Below are positions 49,240 through 62,265 of a stretch of 64,000 nt of DNA, one piece after another (position 1 is the first letter of the stretch; every line of letters starts with the position of its first letter). Under the pieces are notes generated by a model. It was not told the origin of the DNA and searched no databases. It saw nothing but the letters and a program-made list of their open reading frames with translations. Position numbers and translations under genes: made by a program. The stretch is from Lama guanicoe. Its lineage: Eukaryota. The stretch spans positions 250,001 through 314,000 of the forward strand of contig MU053504.1 in the NCBI GenBank assembly GCA_013239625.1, in the 5' to 3' direction.

Positions 49240-51839
49240 CTGCAACGAGAGCGCAGGGCATTGTTGCTGAGGCCAGTTAGGCCCCAGGGGGCCCCTCGGT
49301 CCTGACATGGGGCTCAGAAGGCTGTTGGGGTGCTGACCATCGCTCCTTTCTGGAGCTGGGATGGCAGCATCCTTTACTCTCAACCTTCTCTCAGTTCCTT
49401 AGGGGTGAGGAGGGCACTGACTTGCTGACAGCCGCCTGTGCTGGACCCCTGCCCTGCCAGGCCTGGAGGTCCACGTGGGGTCCCTAGTTGGGACTGAGGG
49501 TGGCCCCTCCGGGGCATCCATGTCCCTCCCAATTGCACTCACTGCAAGGTCTACTGGGCTTTGGGCTGGAGACTCGACACCGTTCACCTGGGTCCCCGCA
49601 CAAGCCTCCCCACAGAGCTCCAGGCCCAGCTCTGCCCTCAAAACCACAACAGTGACAGCAGCACTCCCAGTGCCCCAGGCAAGTCACCCTCCTGACAGCA
49701 GGAGGCAGGCACAGCCCCACTGCCCCATGGAACACCGTCACCTCACCCAGTTCCCAGTGGGGACTGGATGCAAACCCCAGGCCTCACTTGGGATCCCAAC
49801 CCCATTGTCCCCCACCCCCCACCCACGTGGAGCGGGGCTGAGTTTCTAACACAAACACCTGATCCAGTCCCATTTCTCAGGCGAGGTAACTGAAGCCCAG
49901 GAGGGGCTTTGCTTACTCAGTGACATGGCCTGGGCTGTAGTTCAGGGCGTCACTTTCAAGTGACTCCCAGCTCACTTGGAGGAAAAGACTATGTCATCTC
50001 TGTGGCCTGTGCCCTTCTCCCCCACCCCCGCCCACCCCGCCCCCGCCACTGGCTTCCTCACTGTTCCTCCCACATACTCACTTTTCCTCCCACATGGCAG
50101 AGGTCCACGCTGCCTCCACATGTCTGCGCTGGCTGTGCCCTTGGCCTGGCTGGAGTGCTCTGCCCCAGTCGTTGTTTGTCATTATGATTATCAACAGGTG
50201 AGAAGACGAAGGTGTGGCTGGAGCAAGGCCAGCCCTAAATTTCTGGTTGACAACATGTCTCCACACCCAGGTCATTTTCAAGCATCGTTCAGCTCCACGC
50301 TTTCCTCAACAGGAGCTGTGTGCCCACCTGAACATGAGGAAACTGAGGCTCAGGGAACCACTTCTCAAGGTCTCAGAGAGCTGGGAGAGGGGAGGGGAGG
50401 GGATCTTATTTCTTGAGTGTCAACTGTGTGCCTGTCTCCCCGGAGTCAGGGCTCCTCCCTCCTCAGGGCAGACTCAGGGTTATCCCCTGAGACCAGGCTG
50501 CCCACTTCTGGGGCTCCCACTCTAAGCTCCGGGCTGACTATGTCAGCCCTCAGGTGAGGACAGCATCTGGGGGACAGGGTGTGGGGGCTGCCTGGGGGGT
50601 CCTTGCCAGCTATGAAGGTGGGAAGTGGGGTGAGAGGCTTTGGGTCCCCTCTCTTCCCTATGCCTGCCTGATATCGGCCCTCTACCCACCCACCTACCTT
50701 CCCACCCACCCTCCATCCACACTCCCACCCTCTCATCCAGCAGGTGTTGACTGGAGACATGCTGTATGCCAGGCCTTGTTCTGGGCACTAGAGAGGCAGC
50801 TGTGAACAAGGCCAAGAGCTTCCTCTCATTGGAGGTCGCACTCTAGAGAGGAAGACAGCCTCTAAACAAGCAAACACAACATGTGCATGATCATCTCAGG
50901 AAGACATCGTGCTGTGATGTGATGTGATGGAAAGTGACTCGTGGTTGGGGAAAGTTCATGGAAGGCTCCCTGAGGAGGAGGCATTTAACCTGAGGCCCAG
51001 ATGATGCAGGAAACCCACAGCAGGGGTGCTGTAAGGATTAAAGGAGTTGAATTTACAAAGCACTTAGCACAGTGCCTGCCCAGCACATGGTAAGCGCTTT
51101 ATGAGTGTTTGCTGCCGTTGTTATTATTACTATTATTATTGTAATTATCCCTGTCCCCATCCCCATCATCATCTAGGGGAAGAGCTTTCCTCTCTCAGTC
51201 CCTCCACAGCCGATCAGCCATCATCTGTGAGAGAAGTGTGGCCAGAGTAACAAGTGTCTGTGTGGTGTGGGTGCTTCCCCCAGTCGGGGGGTCTCTTAGT
51301 TTCTCTGGTCCCAACTCAAACTCATCCTCTGTCCCCAAATGCCCACCATGACCCCCAGAGGTCTCCCTTCTCTGTTAACTGCACTTCCAATCCAGGCACC
51401 ACAAGTCCTTCTGAAACCAGGGGTGCCCCTGGGTTCAAGTCCTGGCTCCATCATGTCCCAGCCATGTGCCCCAGGTGACCTGGCTCCCGGGCCCTCATGT
51501 CTAGCGTGACTATTGGTTCTTCCTTGCACGCAGACCTAGTTTTGGGTTCCAGGTCCAGCTTCCCTAGTTGTGTAATCCTTGGGCAAGTGGCTCAACCTCT
51601 CTGGGCCTCAATCGCCTTATCTGTAAAACTGGAATAATAACAATACTAACCTCACAGTGTCATCGTGCTGATTAAATGACTTAATGAATGTACAGAATTA
51701 GCACAGTTTCCCATGCGTAGTAGGTGCACGGTTCCCCGTGCATAGTAGGTGAACAGTTAACATTAGCTAATTGCATATGATCGCTACTCGCTGTTTACAT
51801 CTTAGCGACCACACTCTGAAGCCTCTCTTCTATTTAAAG

Positions 51840-52465
51840 CAGGGCTTCCTAACAGCCCCGGCGGGTATCTTGGAACTCTGTTCGGGGACCTTTGTTGTCA
51901 CAATGAGTGGGACCCCGGGGGCATTCAGTGGACAGAGGTTGGGGGTGCCACATGGGACAGTGCCCCAGGAAGAAGGTCCCATCCCTCCCAGGTCTCTCAG
52001 GCTGCCCCAGCCTCACATAGCTGAGAAATCTGCTGCCTCAGAGCCAAACTCCATCTTATGTGTGAGTGCCAAGTGTTTGTGAACACTCACTGAACATTCT
52101 AGAGCTGCCAGCGTGGTGTCAGTCAAGAGGTCACAGACAGTTTTGCTGGATTTTACCAAGAGTTGGTCACCATTTAGGAAATCATGTGTCTGATGGCGGC
52201 CGGGTGTGAGGCCCTGGCCGGGGATGGCTGCCACCTTCACTGGGTTCCTGCCTCACTCAGTACTCTCTGGTGGGCTGGACCCAAGCGCTGCTGTGATAAA
52301 ATTTCTTTTGTTTCTCTTTTATATTACAGTTAGGCATTATACTAATTTTCAAAAAATATGACCAGTGCAAGTGGGTCACATCTGTGACTTTCATTTCAGA
52401 GTGTAAAGAGGGCGTTCCAAGTCCTTTATTAAAGGAGGTCAGTCTGAAAGGGTCGAGTACTCCTG
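51840..52465. mobile_element. hAT-Charlie family relic
   Basis: CAGGGCTTCCTAAC start, a MER20-like 5' portion and a ...GGGTCGAGTACTCCTG end resembling Charlie termini. Confidence 0.5.
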
Positions 52466-52679
52466 GTGGGAAGGACAAGCTTGATTTTCCCAAGGGTCTG
52501 GGACTGGCCCTGGCAAGGGGGACATCGGGAAGGGCAACGCTCAGTCCACAAGAAGGTGTAGCTCGTGGGGCTTTCAAGCAGCCTCACAGGGATTATTTGT
52601 GAGGACAGCGTGTTCTGACCACGCAGAGTCACCCTGGGCTCTGCCCACGGCTGCCCCCGGTGCCCAGCCTGGTGCTCAC

Positions 52680-52865
52680 CTCCTGGGCAGGGCCTCCGGA
52701 TGGGACATTTCCTTGACTCGGACAGCACCTGGCAGGTGGCTGCCTCCTCCTGCCCAGCCCGGCCGGCCTCCCGGACACGGGTCTCCAGGCCCCAGGCCGA
52801 GCCGCAGGTCTTCCCATTGTGTGTGCAGGGGCTCCAGCTGCCCCAGGGGCCCAGCTCACACTCCT
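52680..52865 (-). CDS. RSPO4: R-spondin 4 exon 4 (thrombospondin type-1 domain), 186 nt
   Basis: Acceptor ccaacag|AG. Translates (E)ECELGPWGSWSPCTHNGKTCGSAWGLETRVREAGRAGQEEAATCQVLSESRKCPIRRPCPG with the WxxW TSR motif. Donor G|GTGAGC. Confidence 0.97.
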
Positions 52866-55327
52866 CTGTTGGGTGGAGAGAGACAGACAGATTGGGTCAG
52901 CTGGCAGTGAGGGTCCTTCAGATCAGGGGCAGGGTCTGAGGGGTTCAGGTCCCTGAAGATACCTCACTGGCTATTACAAGGAGCAGAGGGGAGATGTTTA
53001 AATAGTTACTTATGAGAGCTTGGGATGAGAGCTGTACTAAAACAAGCACAGGCAGGGAAGGCTTCCCAGAGGAGGCAATGTAGGAGTGAAAGGGAGAGAG
53101 GAATTCATCAGGTGAAGACAGGAAGGAAGTGCATTTCAGGCAGGGATGCACAGCCCCGGGGGCCCAGCAATCCTATTCGAGGGACAGCTATCCTGTTTGG
53201 GGACAGGGAAGCTAAAGTGGGGACAGAGTGAGGGTTTGGGATGGGAGAGCAGGAGATGAGGCTACAAGGTCAGCTGGGAGGCCCTCAGAGCCAGGACCTG
53301 GGTTCTGAACTTGATCGTGTGCCTTTGATCAGCAGTAGGAGGTGGAAGCTATGTCACACTGTTGTGAGGAAGAATGAAGTCATGGATGTAAAAGGTCTCA
53401 GCAGGGAATAATTTTTAAAACTATTTAATATATATAGTATTCTCTCACCTTTGATTCTTTTAAGAGTTCCTGAAAGGTAGGCAGAGAATAGGGCAGCTCT
53501 TACTACCTCCATTTTGCAGATTAGGACTCTGAGGCTTAGAGCAGGTAAGGGGATTGCCCAGGGAACAGAGAAGGAGCTCACACAACAGAACAAGTGTATA
53601 AGATCTCATCAGGCCCAGAAACCGTGTCTGCAGACCTGAGAACAGTGGTGCTTCTTCTAGATGCACTGATTTGGGAAGCAAAGACTCAGCACCTAGCGCT
53701 GCCACAGGTTGTGCTGGGTGCCCAGGTGCGGCAGGGACAAGGCTGACGGGGGACTGCGGGTGGGTAGGTTAGCCATGCTCAGGGAGGGCCAGGAGGGAGA
53801 AGGGCTCCAGGTGGAAGGAATAATTCCAGCAAAATCCCCAGGACAGCTCTGCTGTCTGCTGGGAAAGTTGGAACATGGACTTACATGGGGGAGGAAAAAT
53901 AAAAGATAGGAGTGTGGAGGAGGCTGGCAGATGGGGACCAGACTGCCCACAGCCAGGGAAGGCTCTACCTGAGGACCATGGGAGCCACTGAAGGGCCTTG
54001 AACAGAAGAGAAACCTCATCAGATTGTCATGTTGAAATAATCACTCTGGCTTCTGGGATGAGTGTCTTCATGGGCTGGAGGCAGTAAGACCGGAAGCAGG
54101 TAGATAGGCAAGAGCCTGTGGCTAAGATCCCAGAAGGCACGGGAGGTAGGGAGAAAGGGAAGTTTGGGGGCGAGTCAGGGAGAAGGGGGAGGAAGGGTTG
54201 GGGTATGTTTGGGAGCTTTATTCTGCTTCATTCTCCCTCAAAGTTCCTTTTGCCATCTAACATCTTTATTCTTGTGTGTCTCTCCTGTCTCCCCACTAAA
54301 ATGTCACAACTACAAGAGCAGAGTCTTTATCTCTTTTGTTCACTAATGTGTCCCCAGCAACTTGGAAGGTTCCTGGTGCTTAGGCGTTCTAGTAAATACT
54401 TCTTGAGTGAATGAATGAGCAGATTGGATTGGATGTAGGATGAGAGAGAAAAGTCAACAGGGATGCCCATGTCTCCAGCATGGCCAGCCTGTGGGTTGTG
54501 GAGCTGACTACTGATGGAGGAGGCCCAGAGGAAGCACCAGGGCGGGGATGGGGAGGGAGGGAAGGAGGCATCCCCAGGGCAGGTGAGGATGTGAGTCTGC
54601 TGCTCATGGATGAATGCAGCTGAGGACATCTAGTCAGGAGCTATTAGATTTTAAAATGACCGTGAACATGAGCCCAGAGAGAATGTGTGGGCAGAGATAT
54701 GTGATTCAGGTGAGAACACTGTGGGACAGCCTCATGTAAGGACAGATCACAGAAGAGGAGCTCACACAGGAGTCTGAAAATGAGTGGTGAAAAACAGAGC
54801 AGTAATAATAATGACAGCTAATATGACGTGTGATAATAATGACATGTATGGAACACTTACTGTGTGCTAGTTATTGTATTAAGTACTATAAATTGTATTA
54901 ATTAATTTAACCCTCATAACAACCCTCCCCATGAAGTAGGTTCTCTGTTCTAGTGTAATTTTTTTTTAACATTTGGAGAAACTGAGGGACAAAGAGCTTA
55001 AGTGACTTGCTCAAGGTCACAAATGGGTGAATTATAGAGCTAGCATTTGAACCCAGGTCTTATTCTAAAATCAGTGCTCTTCTGTGCTCTGCTGCCTCCC
55101 TTGGCAATAACAATGATGTCAGTGTTAGTAGTAATAGTAATCATAATAATGGTACTTCTGAGGGGTCTAGTGTATTGAAGGTTCCTCTGTGTACCTGACA
55201 TGGTGTTGGGCTTCCCATCACCATGTGACATTTTACTATGATTTCTTCTGGGTCTCCTGACACCTTTCACCAGCCCCTGCTCCAGAGAGGGAGGAGATGG
55301 GGGCAGGGCGAGGAGGCCCCCACTCAC

Positions 55328-55468
55328 CCTGGCACTCGCGTGTGCTCTGCTGGGCCACGGTGCCCGGCGGACAGGTGGGCAGACACTTCCCCTTGTAGAG
55401 GTAAAACCGCCTCTTGCACTGGATGCAGAAGTCTTGGCTGAAGCAGCTCTCACAGGTGGCCCCACATT
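55328..55468 (-). CDS. RSPO4: R-spondin 4 exon 3 (furin-like repeat 2), 141 nt
   Basis: Acceptor tattacag|AA. Hand translation (K)CGATCESCFSQDFCIQCKRRFYLYKGKCLPTCPPGTVAQQSTRECQ retains the two LGR-binding Phe (CFSQDFC). Donor G|GTGAGT. Confidence 0.97.
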
Positions 55469-56066
55469 CTGTAATACAGCCAGGGCCACCCCTGGTGAGG
55501 GTGGCTGCCCAGGGAGGGGATCATCTGGGACTGCCTGAGGGGGGAGGGCCTCTGAGCAGCCCCAAGCTCTGTAGCAAAGGACACACTGAAGCCCAGACTT
55601 GTTGAGGGTCAAACAGGGCTGCGTTCAAGAACTCCCTTTCTCATTTGAGCTGAAGCTCGGAGAGGGCAAGTAACTTGCCTGAAGTCACACAGTAGATCTG
55701 GGCTGGGAGTTAGGACTCCCTACTCCATTTCCAACAAAGCTCAGAGATAGTCATTATTTGTTCCAGGTCACAGTGAAAATGAGAGCTGGGAGTTAGGACT
55801 CTTCTTCCCTCTAAGGTAGGCCCAGAGAGGGTAAGTAACATGTCAAAGGCCACACAGCAAACTAGGGTGAAGTTTCCCTGTTTTATTAGTGCTGAGCCCA
55901 GAGGGGACACTGACTTGCTTAGGACTTCAGAGCCAGGCTGAAACCAAGCAAGTATCTCAGAGTCTAGGCTCAGGCATATACTGCTTCCCCTCGGTGAGAG
56001 GTGGGATGTGGGCCGGAGGTGCTCAGGAACACAGTGCCAGCACAGGACAAGGGAGGGGCCACGTAC

Positions 56067-56255
56067 TTTTGCACCTGTTGACCTCCTGGCCGCGGACACC
56101 GTAGTAGCCTGGGGGACAGTCATGCACACACTTGCCGTACTGGCGGATGCCTTCCCGGTGGATGAACAGGAAGAGCTTCTGCTGGCAGGTGGAGCAGCCG
56201 TTCTCCTCTGAGCAGATGACACAGCCTGTGCAGTTGCCCCCTAGACCAGTACCCA
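56067..56255 (-). CDS. RSPO4: R-spondin 4 exon 2 (furin-like repeat 1), 189 nt; exon 1 lies outside the window
   Basis: Acceptor ggctggcag|TG. Translates (V)GTGLGGNCTGCVICSEENGCSTCQQKLFLFIHREGIRQYGKCVHDCPPGYYGVRGQEVNRCK. Donor A|GTACGT, phase 1-1. Confidence 0.97.
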
Positions 56256-56521
56256 CTGCCAGCCAGAGCAGGATGGAGGGTGGGGAAAGGGAGAGAGAGA
56301 GTCAAACCACATATGTGAACAGCTTAGACTGTCTCATTGGGGTGATGATCAAGTCACCCAAACAAATGACTACATTTCCCAGGCAACTAGATATGGTCAT
56401 GTGATCAAAATCTGGCCAGTGGGATATAAGTTAAAGCAATGTGTGCAACCTCTAGAAAGCTTAAAGGTCAGGGGTGTGATGCTGATGGTGTTGGTCCAGA
56501 GATCACACTTAGGGAACCACT

Positions 56522-57115
56522 GGCTTAGAGAAACTTGTGTATGTGCACAAGAGCCATATACAAAGATGGTTATTGCAGCAGTATTTGATAGCAAACAATA
56601 GAAAAAGCTTAACCATCTATCAACAGAATAGATAGTCATATATACCACAGCCATATGGTACATCTATGACCCAGCCGTGATAAATGACTGAGGTAGAGTC
56701 ACAGTTGTCACCATGGCTATATCTCAAAGACAATGGTGAGAGCAAAAAATCAAGTTGCGCAACGAATCATATAGTAAGAAACCATTTATATTAAGTTCAA
56801 AAAACTTGCAAAACAATACTCTGTTAACGTTTATGGTACATACATTTGTATTAAGAGTAAAAGACATACAAGGGACTGATAAACACTGAATTCAGGATGG
56901 TAGCAACTCTGAGGCGAGAAGTGGGAAAGAGCTGGAGAAGAAGACTGAGGGCTTCACTTGTACCTGTAACATTTCATTTCTTAAAATCTGAAGCAAATAC
57001 AAAAACGGTAAGACTTGATAGAAGTCTTGGCTGGCAAGTATACAAATATTCATTAGATTATTATTTTTTTAATTCTTGACTGTAAGCCTGAAATACTTCA
57101 CGATAAAAATATATT
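56522..57115 (+). mobile_element. Old L1 (L1ME-like) 3' fragment
   Basis: AGAGAAACTTGTGTATGTGCAC...AAAGATGGTTATTGCAGCA...AAACACTGAATTCAGGATGGT. Confidence 0.65.
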
Positions 57116-60100
57116 TAACGAAAAGAGAGTTTAGCCTCAATCCTGTCCTGCAGGGCAGGAGCAAGAAGAGAGGACCCGATTCTTCTTACTCCTACTCCTC
57201 CCAGCTCCTGTCCCCGAGCCCAGGCCCATCCTCCAGCTGAGGTCTTGCATTCTGACAGAAATTCTGAGAGCGGTGGAGCCCTGTGCCCCTGATCACTATG
57301 CTAGTAGTCCCCTATGTCCAATCTCCCCCTCCTCTTCAGTAATAGAAGCCTGATTTTTAGCAGAATTCCAGTCGTGGAGAATAGAGACTACATTTCCCAA
57401 GCTCCTTTGCAGCTGTATATGGCCACGTGTCTAATTTCTGACCAAGTGATATTAAGTGGGCGTGTCCTTGCCACACCCAGGAACTACACTTCAGGGGAAG
57501 GGCCGCACTTTTCTCCTCCCCTTCTCCCTAACACCTGGGGGATTGCAGACTTGATGGCTGGGCCCTCCGCAGATGCATGAGCAGAGAGACCTGACAGAGA
57601 GACACTGTGGCTTGGCTCTCTACTGCAGATTCCTTTATGTGAGAGGGAGGAAAATGTCGTCCCTCTAGTTTAGGCTTCTGGAGCTTTCTGACAGATACAA
57701 GGACTCCATGGTAATGACTGTTGGTGTCCGGTCTTCAGCCTCGCAGGTGGGCCCCTCCTCAGTGCCTTGGCACTATATAAGCCCTCTGGCCCTGAGAAGG
57801 GACCCAACCAGCAAAGGGCAAAGAGACCCTCGATTGACTTGATATGATCTCTGCCACCTGGCAGGATAGGAGTTCAAATTAGAAATTATGTTCAATTACA
57901 GAAATACAAAATGGTGTTTCTTAAAAACTGAGTTTGTGGACTGAGAGTCACAGCCTGACATGGGCATGAGTGTTGTTGTCCATTTTGCAGCTGAGGAAAC
58001 AGAGTGTCAAAGAGGTGAAATGTCACACCCAGTGTTCAGCAGAATCAATGGGGGCAGGGACCCATGACAGTCGGTCCCACGCTGCCCTCTTGGTGCATTT
58101 GCTCAGGGCCTCCACTGTGTCTGGTGGAGCTTGGGGTCACAGGGGTGAGCCACATGTGGCCCTGCCGTTCTAGGGCCTCACAGCCTGGTGGGAGGGCTGA
58201 AGTCCACAGACATGACTGTAATAGCAACACAGATGGTGACAAAGCAAAACTCTTACTAACCACTGTCTATCGGAAGAGCTTAGGGATCACTCAGTCCCAA
58301 CCCCTGTAGCTTCACTAGGGACCCTGAGGCCAGAAGGGGTGGAGGCTTCCCCAAAGTCAGGCAGCCAAACAGCAAAGAAGCCTCTTGTGTGTGCGTGCGC
58401 GCGCGCGCGCACATGGCATGCGTCTCAGCCAGCATCATTCATCACCAGGTCTTTGAAGAGAGCAGCAGGCTTTGCCTCCTGCTGCATTTTTGGTCCCGGC
58501 AGCTGGTAGCGGGGCCTCTAGTGCCTATATGTTGTAATGACACCTCTGACTTCTGATTCTGATGGCCTCACTCAGGCTTTCCATCACATCTCTGTAACTC
58601 AATTAGAAAGAGCAATGCTCCACCACCCCAAGCTCCTAGATGTAGAGACTTGAATGCTAATTTTATGAATAATAGGTGATGACAAATGGCATTTTCAATG
58701 CTGCTTTAGAAAGATCCAAACTTGATTCTTCTTAAACTTGATTGCGCATTAGAATCCCCAGGGAGGCTTATAAAGTGTCTGGGCCCAGGAATGTGCATTT
58801 AAACAAGCCCAAAATAAATGCAGTTTTGGTAGTGTCTTCTCTGCTCACAATCTTCTTTCCCTGAGAACCAGATCCTGCATCCATGCTGTGCTGCATGACT
58901 CTGTCCCCTAGCCAATGGTGGGCAGACTGAACTAGGGACTGACAGCTCATCTAGGCTGGGCCAATTAGACCATCTGTCCTGAGAATTTTGACTGTGGGCT
59001 GACAGACAATGGTCTTGGCTGGCTTCTTGACCTCCATTTGCAGGAGGGCAGAGCAGCCTGTTCTGGTACACATATGTGAGAAGCTTTGGTGGGCACTAGC
59101 ATCTGCGGCCGCTCTCTTTGATAACAGAGGCCCAGTCTCTGACTTTGAGGTTCACGTGGAGCCATCTCCATCCAGATGCATTTAACCTGGACTTGGGCAA
59201 TCAGAGCATCAGGTTCCCTTGACTACAGGGATTGGTTCAGACACAGGCACGTGTTTCAACAAGACCTAGTCTTAGGATTGCGCATGCGTGCGTGTGTGTG
59301 TGTACACCCCTTTTGGATTTGGGAAGATGCAGACCAGAGCTGGTGGGAAATGGAGGCCACACCCTGGAGAGTCCATAAAGTCTCTTCTGTTCTCAAGCCA
59401 CTTTGAGTAGCTTTTTGTCACTTGCAACCAAGCCTCCTGGCTAATACAGAAGCAGAGAGAAAAAAATAAACAAATCAGATGCAGAGAGAGAAAAAAGCAA
59501 CCTCACTGGCCTCAGGTGGTCAGACAAGAGTTTCTGACCATCGTCCAAGCCCAGGTTTCAGTCCCCGAAGGCTTGGCTCTCCCCATAGCTCCAAAGAAAG
59601 TCACTTGTCCACTTGAGCGCACTCTCCTGTAAGCTGACAATCAAAACGATGGAGCTCACCAGATAGGTGAAGCCCAACAGATTGGGATGGAGCAGCCCTG
59701 CTTCAGCAAGACCGAGGGGAGCAAGCACGGCCCACCCAGCCTGACCACCGTGCCACACCATGGGGCCTCGGGGTTCTAGAGAGCACACTTTGGAAACCCC
59801 TGACTCCTTCCACACCTCAGCCTGACGCTGGCCTTCGTTGCTGCCTTCTTTCAACTCTGATGCACGTTTCTAACTGAAAGTATTTGAGCTCTGATCTCAA
59901 CTTCCCCAAGTTTTCTTGGGGCATCAGAGGGGATGACACCTCATGCGACTTCCCTTAACAACTATCTCCCATAATCAAGGCCATCCTCCCCCAATCAAAA
60001 TGCCAGTTGGCCAAAAAAGTATGGCCATGTGTTGCTCCAGCAGCTGGAGGGGCTTGGAATGACATCTGAGTCACTTTGTCTTTCCCCAAGCACCCAAGGG

Positions 60101-61326
60101 ATAAGTTGAGACTTGGATGTCCATTTTATGGAGAATGACTATGGAATTTATCACATCAGGCTTGGCAGTTTACAAAGGGATGCAGGCTTATAACAACTCT
60201 CAGCATGTGCATTAGCCCAGGGTTGAGCGATCCATTCATCCATCCCTCCATTCATTCAACAAATAGTTACTGAGTTATTCTGTGTGAGGTCCAGTGCTAA
60301 GGGTTCAATGGTTATGAACTTTGGGCAGCAGCTGAGCGATCACATGCAAAGTACTTTAACTCTCTGGACCTCAGTTATTATAGCTGTAAAAGGGGGTGAA
60401 AACACTTACGTTGCAGTGTTGTTATGGTAAAAGGAGACAGTACATGGAGAACTCTTAGCTTAGAGTGTGGCAGCAGATAAATGGATGCTCCTGTCATTAT
60501 ACTGTTTTCTGCCCTCACATCTAAGGATGTGTGTTATGGTGCAGGTATCCAGGCTCAAATCCTGGCTCGATCACCCATAGAGAGTGACCTTAGACAAGTC
60601 CCTTCATCTATGTGGGTCTCAGTTTTCCCATCTGAAAAACTGTGGCAGCAACTCCTGCTCCCACGGGCATTGTTATGAGGGGTGTTCAAACAAAGCAGCA
60701 AGTGCCTGGCACGTAGTAGGTGCTTCTCCATAAATGTAAATTCCTTTCCTGTCTCCTCACTGTCACAACCCACGGTGGGATTGTCAACCCACATTTGGAC
60801 CCTTCTCCCCTTTCACAGGTGAGCAGACGGAGGCCAGAGGCATTGATGGAGGACAACACCAACCACCATCTCCAGGGAGATGGCCTTTCACCCTCGGCAT
60901 GGGAAGGGCTCAGGGTAGAGGCGTGAGGAGGCAGCTTTGGTCTTGGGTGAAGGGCAGTTTAGTTTTTCTGTTGGGATTAGAGAATGACCTGTGCTCTTTG
61001 AAATGAGGGTTCTCAACCTCAGGGTGGCCCTCATCCTGAGAATGACCCCAAGCACCTTCTTGCTGTAGGAGCCAAGGGCTCAGCGTTTGCCAGTGATCAC
61101 TATATTTTTCCATTTAGGGATCTGGAGTGGATTCAGGGTCACCTCTGCATGACCGTGCCTCCCACCCACTTCCATTCTGCAGAGCTTTCCTCGAGAGGGT
61201 CAAAGGCATAGGGTGACATCTGGGATCCCGAAAATGACCAGTTTTCCCCAGACAGGCTTATATTTTCAGTAGCCTGCAGTGAGTCTGTCACTGAAAAATC
61301 CTCAGTGCCCAAGCCAAGAACTCTAG

Positions 61327-61328
<2 letters not shown>

Positions 61329-61368
<40 letters not shown>
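61329..61368. repeat. (AC)20 microsatellite
   Basis: Perfect run. Confidence 0.95.
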
Positions 61369-61370
<2 letters not shown>

Positions 61371-61479
61371 CAAAAAAACTAATCTACCAACATTAAAAAA
61401 ATCAGATTTCACATAAGAAGATGGAATTTGGGCTTCTCTGGAGAAGGTACAAATACCTGTCACCGCTGGGCCTGCATTC

Positions 61480-61938
61480 TGTAGGCCCCCGCCTGAAGGC
61501 TCTAGAGAATAAGCCATGGGCTGAACTGATAAACAGGCTGTGAGAAACGTCACGTAGCCAGCTGGATAAGAGATGGCCTATTTAATGTATCTCAGTATGG
61601 ACGGCTGGATAGCCAGTGACGGGTAAGATCCTCAGAGGACAACCTAAGACAGGCACAGCCGGCTGGGTAAGAGATGGCCTACTTAATGAAGTTTTGTGAT
61701 GAACTTTAAAACAATCTGTCCTTGATCATGTAACATCCTATGCTTACTGCAGGAGCCTGGGAACCTGGAGCCTGGGAACCTAAATGGCTTAAGATTATTA
61801 ATACTGTTATAACTTAGATGGTATGTGAGGCATCATGCATGTCCTATATAAACCCTTTTACAAGAATCAATAAACAGAGTAGCCATCAGCTCTCTCTGCA
61901 TATGGTGTGTATGTGTACATGATATCGCGACACCAACA
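61480..61938 (+). mobile_element. Solo endogenous retroviral LTR (459 bp) in RSPO4 intron 1, antisense to the gene
   Basis: TG...CA termini (TGTAGG...CCAACA), perfect 5-bp TSD CATTC (61475-79 / 61939-43), TATATAAA at 61845-52, AATAAA at 61869-74 and internal direct repeats. Confidence 0.88.
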
Positions 61939-62130
61939 CATTCCCGCAGGGCAATGACTGGTTGGAGTTCCACAGGTGGGGCCTGTGATCTCCCGTTTGC
62001 CACAGTCCCCACCCCTCCCTATTATTATCCCTGACACTGAGGCCAAAGGTCAGCTGCCGTGGATTCTCAGGCTCAGGCTGCTGTTTATCTTATACCCAAT
62101 CCCTTATTCACATTAGAAGGCAATGTAGAG

Positions 62131-62265
62131 CAGGGGTTCCCAAATTTGAGCAAGCATCAAATTCACCTGGAAGGCTTGGTAAAACACATTACTGGGCCTT
62201 CTCCCAGAGTGGCTGATTCAGTATGTCTGGGCAGGGCCTGAGAATTTGCATTGCTAACAGGTTCT
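62131..62265. mobile_element. MER5-family MITE fragment
   Basis: CAGGGGTTCCCAAA...ATTCACCTGGA...CTGATTCAGTATGTCTGGG...AGAATTTGCATT. Confidence 0.65.

Noticed and set aside
48766..49383. 205-aa minus-strand ORF overlapping RSPO4 exon 5
   Set aside because: It is in a different frame from RSPO4, and its length comes from the GC-rich exon plus the stop-free pyrimidine tract.
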